DNA from: Octopus vulgaris
Lineage: Eukaryota
Direction of reading: 5' to 3'
Length of the DNA stretch: 64,000 bases
Assembly: GCA_951406725.2 (NCBI GenBank)
Contig: OX597826.1
Coordinates: 18,228,001-18,292,000 of the forward strand
Each line of letters opens with the position of its first letter. Position 1 is the stretch's first letter. Positions 55,998 to 64,000 of this stretch are shown here, piece after piece. The position numbers and the translations under genes were made by a program. Under the pieces are notes generated by a model. The model saw nothing but the letters and a program-made list of their open reading frames with translations. It searched no databases and was not told where the DNA came from.

Positions 55998-56916
55998 AAT
56001 GGTGGTGATCGTGCTGGCTGAGTTGATGATGATGATGGTTTATAAGTATTACAATCATTATGTGTTGATTTTGAGAGAATTTGAAGAAATGAAATATGCT
56101 GAATTGCAGACCTATTCAACCCAATATAGAAATAGAAATGCTAAAATACTGATGATGATGCAGTTTTCCTCATCACCATCAGCAGCAGCAGGAGTAGTGA
56201 CATCATCATTACCATCATCATTGTCATCATCCTTATCATTATCACTATCACCACCACCACTGCCACCACTGCCATCACCACCACAACCACTGCCACCACC
56301 ACCATCATTGTCTTGATCTGACAATGAAGATGTCGATGATGGGGGACAGAAGTAAAGTGAAACAAAGCTACATATATACAACAAAAACGAGAAACAACAT
56401 TACTATTCGAAAATAATTGAGTTGTTCACTGTCTATTGACTTTAGATTTTTTTTCTTCTGTTTTTAACGAAACACTATTATTACTGTTGTTGTTGTTGTT
56501 GTTAGTTTGATCATCCTTGTTGTTGTTGTTGTTGCTTTTATTAATGTTACTATTACTACTGCCACTGCATGTTGATGTTGTTGCTTTTGTTGTCCCACCA
56601 CCACCACCACCACCACCACCAACACCAACACCAGCAGGTATGGAAGTGCAGGAATTGGCTATGTTTAGAGGCAGAAAGTAATGCTGGAATCAATAAAGCA
56701 ATTTTGCCAATTACAGCCGAACCCAAAGTGTTGTGTTTAAAGTTCAGTGTTGCTTGAAACTGTAGTCTGTGTGTTTGTACCATGGTTGTGTGTATATCTG
56801 TCTACACACACACACACACAAAACACAACAAACACGCATGTGTATAAGATTGGTGTGCATGTGTGTGTGTTTGTGATTGAGTGAGAATGTGTTTGTTAGT
56901 GAGCATGTATGACTAT

Positions 56917-56947
<31 letters not shown>

Positions 56948-58002
56948 TATATAAAATGAGCCAAACACATGGCTCATTCTATTCTAGTTATATTGTCTGT
57001 CACCATACAGTTATGTCTGCACATAACTATACTCAAAGTACAAACACATACAGTATACTGTACACATGACTATGTACTGTGTCCTTTTCCAAAAACTATA
57101 CTACGTCTTTTACCAAATACTGTACTGTGTCTCCATCTATAACTGTATGATGTAACTATCTCCATTTGCACTGATTCTCTATGTTACTGTACCATGTACC
57201 TGTCTATAACTGTATTGTTTCTGTATCTATAACAGTATCATGTAACTGCTCATAGCTGTATTGTATCTGTCTGTAACTGTACTGTATCTCTCCATCTGTA
57301 ACTCAAACATGTAATTCTTTATGACTGTACTGCACCTCTGTCTATAACTGTTCTCTATCTCTATTTACAGCTGTATATCTGTCGACTTTTCTCTGTACTT
57401 TGTCTTGAATTGTATTGTGGCTCTGTCTACAACTCCATAATTTTCTTGTCTCACAATCTAAACCTGTACAGTGTCCTTCATATTACTGTATTATATCTTT
57501 TTCTGTAAACATATTGTGTATATCTATCATTTCCAGTAATTTCATTTTGTCTCTGCCTATAATTATGCTGTGAATGGGTGTATCACTACACCTTGTATAA
57601 CCGTTTACCTGCCTAAAACTGTAGAGTGTGTCCCATTTTATAACTGCAGTGTCTCTTTATATATAACTATGATGTGTCACTATAACTCTAGTGTCTATAT
57701 CAGCAAACGTACAGTGTCTCTGCCAACAGTAGCACTGTACATGTCTATCACTATACTGAGGTGTCTGTGTCTAAAATTTTATTCTCTCTCTCTCCCTCTC
57801 CCTCTCTCTTTCTCTCTAACTGTACTGTGTGTCTGTTTATAGCTGCAGTGTACTCTGTCTTCGTCTATAATTGTACTGTATAGAAAATATAACAGTACAG
57901 AGACAAAGCATAGCTGTAGCAATGCTATGTCTCTATAGCTCTGTTGATTCTCTGGGTATACTTGTACCGGAGTACTTGTCTAATAACTGGACTATGCTTC
58001 TA

Positions 58003-59237
58003 TCAGGTTCTATCTATCAACGTTTTGAACTATGAAGAATTTTTTTTATCATCTTTTTGCAATTGTCTGATAATACTGACATAGACTTGCCCAAATGCAT
58101 CAATAAATTAACATTGATATTTTTTTCATTGTTGTTACAATCACCTGAAATGGAACTATCAAAGTGTGATATTCGAACAATTTTGCTATTCAACTTCAAA
58201 AAAGGACATAAAGCAGCTGGAACTGTTTGCGATATCAACGAAACATATGGTGAGGAAATGACCAGTGAGTGGTCAGCTCAAAAATGATTTAAACGATTTC
58301 ACAGGGAAGACCTGAGCCTTCAAGATTGTGAGTGTAGTGGACGCCCATCTATCATCAATGACAGTCAATTAAAGACCATCATCGAGAAAAATCCATGTAA
58401 AATCACTTGAGAACTGGCAAAAGAACTTCAAATTCGCCTGAAAACTGCCTGCAACCATTTGCATGTGATTGGAAAATTAAAAAAAGCTTGACAAATGGGT
58501 ACCACATGTTTTGAATGAAAGTCAGAAAATGTGCAGATATGAAATTTGCTCATTGCTTCTTCTTGATAACCAGACCGATCCATTTCTCAACTGTATCATA
58601 ATTTGCAATGGAAATTGGATTCTGTACAATAATTAAAAACATTCTTTGCAGCGGTTGGACCAAAATGAAGCACCAAAAACCTTCCCTAAACCCGAGCTCT
58701 TCAAAAAGAAGGTTATGGTGACTGTTTGGTGGTGTACTGCTGGACTCAGCCACTATAACTTCTTAAAACCAAGAAAAACCATTACTGCAGATACATATTG
58801 CCATGAAATTACCAAAATGAACGAAAAACTGCTATTCCTCTGTCCCAGACTGGTCAACAGAAGAGGGCCAATCATTCTTCATAACAATACTTGACCACAC
58901 GTTTCACTAACGACGCTCCAGAAGTTGAGGGTACTTGGCTACAAGGTTCTTCCCCACCCAACTTATTCCCAAGACCTTTCTCCTTCTGACTACCACTTTT
59001 TCAAGCACCTTGATGGTTTCCTGCAAGAGGAGTTCAAAAAGGAAACCAATTGCTGAAAGTGCATTCAAAATGTTCATCAGCTCCAGAACTCCAGATTTTT
59101 ATGTTACTGGAATAAATAAAGTTGTAACTCATTGAATGTAATGGTACTTACTTTGATGAATAAAATTTCCACGTTGTTAAAATGTATTGTGATGAATTTC
59201 ATGTTTCAAAACATTACTTATTTTTTACTCAGCCTGA
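58003..59237 (+). mobile_element. Near full-length decayed mariner (DD34D)
   Basis: MELSKCDIRTILLFNFKKGHKAA..., KWVPHVLNESQK, KKVMVTVWW, HPTYSQDLSPSDYHFFKHL. TA flanks, 5' TIR damaged. Confidence 0.92.
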
Positions 59238-59589
59238 TATAACCATATTGTCTCTGTTAGCTGTACTTCTCTATAACTCTGCTGTGTCTCTATGATTGTA
59301 GTGTGTACTTGACTATAACTGTACTGTATTCCTGTCTCAAACTGTACTGTATATATGTTTATCTTTCATCTCTTACTTGTTCTAGGCATTAAAGGGTTTA
59401 CTCAAACAAACTGACCCCCAGGACTGATTTTTTTCAACCTGGTATTTATTCTATCAGTCTCTTTAGCTGAATCTCTAAGTTATGGGAATGTTAACAAACC
59501 AGCAACAGTTGTCAACAGTGGTGGGAGACAAACGCAATAGCACACATATATACACTCATATATATATATATACTTAGAAGACTGTTATT

Positions 59590-59945
59590 GTCAGAGAATG
59601 ATCATTGGTTTTGCACCTATAAAGCACTTACCTGTAGAGGCAAAAATCAGACCCAAATGGCCTGTGGCACACAGGCTCTTTACAACTGGAGGTAAGAAAA
59701 CATCATGCTCAGTTAATTTTGTAAATAAAAATTCTGCAACAAAACTCTACTGGCAAAGAGAGGTACAACATCACATCCCTGGCCAGCTACATATGGCATT
59801 TAAAAGAGAAGGATATACCATACATAATTAAATGGAAGCTCCTAGAACAACCAGCGCCATACCTCGATGGGAGTAAATGAATCTTGAAAAATAGAAATGT
59901 TTAGACAGTGCCCTCATCAGAGGAAATTCATGTTGAAAACATGGA
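59590..59945 (+). mobile_element. Penelope-like GIY-YIG C-terminal remnant
   Basis: TSLASYIWHLKEKDIPYIIKWKLLEQPAPYLDGSK...IEMFRQCPHQRKFML. Confidence 0.65.
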
Positions 59946-60406
59946 ATTCCCCATTTGCTGACTTGGAAAATGTTGCCAGGCTCAGACATTTGTGGCAGGC
60001 CTATTGTAGACATAACTGATTGCATGCTGGGGCACCTGCAAAGTGGTGTCTCCGTGTAGCAGGAGTTTAATGACTGAAACAAGTAAAAGATAAAAGAACT
60101 GTATGTATACAGTTGTTGAAAAACCATTTTGGATAGAAAAAAGTCAAAGACTGCTTGTAACCATGCTATATTTATAGCCTTAAATGCTTTGAGATTCATT
60201 GTTCCAAGAAAGCACTGTATGTATATATATATACATACATACATATATAGGTGTGTGTGAATAGATAGATAGATAGATAGATATATAGACATGTACATGT
60301 TTTATATTGTGTCTAGCTGTCTCTGTCACTTTATATATGTATGTGTGTATGTATGTATCTATGTATGCATATATGTATATATATGTGGGGGGGGTATGTG
60401 TGTAAT

Positions 60407-60585
60407 TATAAGATATATAAATATATTTATGTATACTAGGGTACTACATATGCACCAGTTGCACTAAAAATAGAAATCAAAATACTCCTAAGCTACAGGC
60501 TTCGGAGTACTTTGACTTCTATTTTTAGCAAAGCAGGTGCTTATGTAGTACCCTAGTATATATAGATATACTTATATATCTTATA
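60407..60585. repeat. Near-perfect ~180-bp palindrome
   Basis: tagggtactacatatgcacc...ctaaaaatagaaatcaaaatactcctaagc / gcttcggagtactttgacttctatttttag...ggtgcttatgtagtacccta, with a loop of only a few nt. Confidence 0.9.
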
Positions 60586-60773
60586 TATAATTTTTAATTT
60601 TGCCTATATGGTTTTTACGCTTGTGGTCACTAACATTATAATTTTTAGGAATAATAATATTCTTTTATATTTATATATATATGTATATATGTATGTATAT
60701 ATCTATATCTATATCTATCTATCTATCTATCTATTAGATAAAGCTATCTCGCTATCTATCTATCTATATATAA

Positions 60774-60844
<71 letters not shown>

Positions 60845-60976
60845 TCTGTGTGTGTATATAAATTGTGTCTTTGCTCATGTCTGCATAACTGTACCATGCT
60901 TCTGTGTGTAGCTGAAAATTGCCGCCTTTTATAAACAGTACTATGTGCCTATCAGTAACTGTATACACACACACAC

Positions 60977-61028
<52 letters not shown>

Positions 61029-62723
61029 ACTATACAATTTTTCTTCCTATAATTGTTCTCTCTCTCTCTCTCTCTAACTGTACTTTGTGCTAGTGTGTGA
61101 CTGTACTGAGTAGCTGGCTACAACTGTACTGTGTCTAAGTCTATAATTGTACTGTGAACCTGTCTGTGACTGTATTGTGTCTCTATCTGTAACTATGCTG
61201 TGAATCTATATATATATATAGCTGTATTTTGTCTCTCTGCAACTGTGCCCTGTCTCTATGCGTAAACAAATTATTTGCATGTGTTAGTGTTTATGAGTAT
61301 ACGTGTTCACATGAGTGAGTGTGAAGATGTGTGTGTATTTGTGTAAATGTGTTTGCGTGTGTATTTGTGTAAATGTGTTTGTGTGTGTATATATGTGTGT
61401 GAGTGTATAGCAGCATCTATATTTGTGTATGTTCCAGAGTGCATGGGTGTCTCTATATGTTTGTCTGCAAGTGTGTATGAGCATATTACGTGTGTATATG
61501 TATGTGTGAATTTATTATATGTGTGACACATGTCATATCCATTCAGCTGAGTGTTTCATGAACCATATATGTGTCATTGGAATACTCAACCACCTAAGTT
61601 ATAAATCAATGAGGCAGCTGGTCAGTTGACTGAACTACTAAATACTTTCTATGAAAAATTACTTTCCTGCCACACTATTCCACAACCCAAAAGCTATAAA
61701 AAAATTTTGTCTTGAAATTTAGATGCTTTAAAGTTGAAGGAATCTTCTTGATAAGTCTTCAACTCACATTCACTCAACAAATTAATTTTTTCATTTTGCC
61801 TTAGTGGTAGGTCATAAATAGTCTAATATCTGAAAACTATAATAAAGATGAATCTATCATTATTTTTTTGAGAGCCTTCACTGAGGAGATTAAGACAATG
61901 TGAAAACTATCCTGTCACTCTCTTAATTAAACAAAAATATTTAGAAATCCTCTCACAGATCTGTTTTAGGGATAATAGTCAGAGATGTACCATTATTCTT
62001 CAGCTACCTAGGGAACTTTAAATCCAAATCAGTATATACAGTAGTAGCTTATCAATCCAGCTGTTAAAGTGATACTTTGATAAGCTACTGCTATATAATG
62101 ATTTAGATCATGTTTTCTGGGTATCTAAATGATAAAGCAACATTTCCTCTGATGAGAGACAACTATCCTGGAAACACATCTGCTGTTTCTTCAAGCGAAT
62201 AACAGGATGGTTTTCACATCATCTGCAATCTCCTCAGCTGAGGTTTTCAAATAAATAACTGTAAAGTTATCTACATTATACTTGTTCCAGATATCCAGAA
62301 TTAAGCTATGTTCTATACAAATATATATTGTGCTCTACATTTTATCATCTTGCCCATATTCAACTTATGTAACTAAAAGTTTCCAAACAAACTAAAAGAG
62401 AAACCTTTCCAAAACATATTCTTTTTTTTATGCCTGTACACTAACATGGATGGAAAAAGAGATTTGGTTGGAACAGAAATCTCTTCCTACTGCAAATATT
62501 TGAACTATGTATTTGTAAGACAGGAACATACTATTACCTTGGTGGATTCTGACAAGCACAATGTAAGATATGGACTCATGACCATGGGATCAGTAGTCCA
62601 GCTCCTAATCATACAGTCATTGTACCTCTTAACATCACGGTAGCTATGTCCAGATCAATATGTAACCTACATACACACATCCCCGGAATATTAACTTTGT
62701 ACTTGTTAACTGTTCACTAACAG

Positions 62724-63140
62724 AGGCACAGGAGTGGCTGTGTGGCAAGTAGCTTGCTTACTGACCACATGGTTCCGGGTTCAGTACCACTGCATGGCAC
62801 CTTGGGCAAGTGTCTTCTACTACAGCCTCGGGCCAACCAAAGCCTTGTGAGTGGATTTGGCATATGGAAACTGAAAGAAGCCCATCATATATATTTATAT
62901 ATATATGTATGTATGTGCGTATATATGTTTGTGTGTCTGTGTTTGTCCCCCCAACATCGCTTGACAACCGATGCTGGTGTGTTTACGTACCCGTATCTTA
63001 GGAGTTCATCAAAAGAGACTGATAGAATAAGTACTAGGCTTACAAAGAATAAGTCCTGGTGTTGATTTGCTCGACTACGGGCAGTGCTCCAGCATGGCCG
63101 CAGTCAAATGACGGAAACAAGTAAAAGAATAAAAGAGTAA
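62724..63140 (+). mobile_element. tRNA-derived SINE (family A), full length
   Basis: Complete head, internal TA/TG tract and gtaaaagaataaaagag tail. Confidence 0.9.
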
Positions 63141-63429
63141 CTCATAACTCATATAAATGTGTGTGATTACACACATTTATAATTAAAGATGCTCTTTTTT
63201 TCCCTATAATTTTCAACTATGTAAAATCTAGTGATATCCACCCATAGAGTGGATATCACTAAATAATGTCAAGTGAATCTGATCTTATTTTTGTTGCCTG
63301 TTTGTATCAAACTTACTCCACAGATGCTATACAAATATTGGTGGATGTTTTCTTACTGTAAGTATGGTGTGATGTTTGGAGCTGTATTTAACAATGTTGT
63401 GATAACTTTATAACTGCATTGGTTAATGT

Positions 63430-63930
63430 GTTGATGTCATTGCATCTGAAGTGATATGGTGATGGTAGGTGAAGTTGTATCATTGTGTGACACGGTGGAT
63501 GAGGCATTGTAATGACATCTATAGCCATGAGGTATCGTAGCTGAGGTAATGTGGTGACATCTACAGTGGGGTGGAGGATTATGGTGAGTGAGGCATAATA
63601 GTAACAATTATAGTGAAAAATTGGGGTAGTGGACTAAGTACTGTAGGGATATCTGGTGTGGTGGGTAAGGTGCTGTAGGGACATCCATTGTGATGTGGTG
63701 GTGAGGTAATATAGGGACATCTGTTCTGGTGTGGTGGGTGAAGTACTGTCGTGGGATCTGTTGTTGTGTGGTGTTTGAGATATTAGAGGGACATCTGTTA
63801 TGTAGTGGGTGAAATACTGCAGTGGTATCTGTTGTTGTGTGGTGGGTAAGGTACTGTAGAGACATCTGTTGTGGTGTGGTAGATGAAACTTTATATAGAC
63901 AGGAGATGTAGCTGCAGTGATGTGCTGGAA
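63430..63930. repeat. Degenerate ~37-bp GT-rich minisatellite
   Basis: Unit approximately gggacatctgttgtggtgtggtgggtaaggtactgta, repeated 8 or more times. Confidence 0.8.
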
Positions 63931-64000
63931 ATGACAGAGGCATAGCTAGAATCACTAATATTACAATGTACCATGAACAGCATCCTACAATGTAGTCTTG

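Larger units (their letters stand above)
57060..61260. repeat. Ancient degenerate ~22-bp minisatellite array, fragmented by TE insertions
   Basis: Recurring unit approximately ctataactgtactgtgtctctgt at 57060-57990, 59240-59355, 60880-60965 and 61070-61260. Confidence 0.75.

Noticed and set aside
57060-57990. Regularly recurring motif that could suggest a CRISPR-like array
   Set aside because: Units are degenerate and contiguous with no unique spacers or cas genes; eukaryotic minisatellite.
63317-63326. 10-nt candidate microexon with gtaagt donor
   Set aside because: Poor pyrimidine tract and no way to test phase against upstream exons outside the window.
63608-63955. 115-aa His/Thr/Pro-rich minus-strand ORF
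   Set aside because: Translation of a ~37-bp minisatellite whose unit is not a multiple of 3.

Overview
AT-rich, microsatellite- and transposon-dense eukaryotic DNA. The SINE families, (TA)n/(CA)n/(TATG)n density and mariner/RTE/Penelope content suggest an octopus (coleoid cephalopod) genome; this is inference from recalled repeat families, not a database match. The window is mostly intron of one minus-strand gene encoding calcium-binding EGF (cbEGF) repeats. Three clear phase 1-1 cbEGF exons lie at 42036-41905, 14328-14200 and 7455-7336, with a 117-nt basic linker exon at 13551-13435. Reading splice signals by eye gives a chain of candidate microexons (19, 21, 26 and 40 nt) whose phases interlock. 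It also gives a candidate internal start exon (MGKLR, 24679-24666) and a candidate alternative terminal exon (36709-36574), both using the same phase-2 junction. The rest is decayed mariners, a fold-back Tc1 derivative, a non-autonomous Helitron, RTE/CR1/Penelope fragments, several hammerhead-like short elements, nested SINEs, MITEs and degenerate minisatellites. Nearly all ORFs in the supplied track are microsatellite artefacts. No rRNA, true tRNA or CRISPR array was seen. Repeat boundaries are approximate, and all exon calls are unverified predictions.
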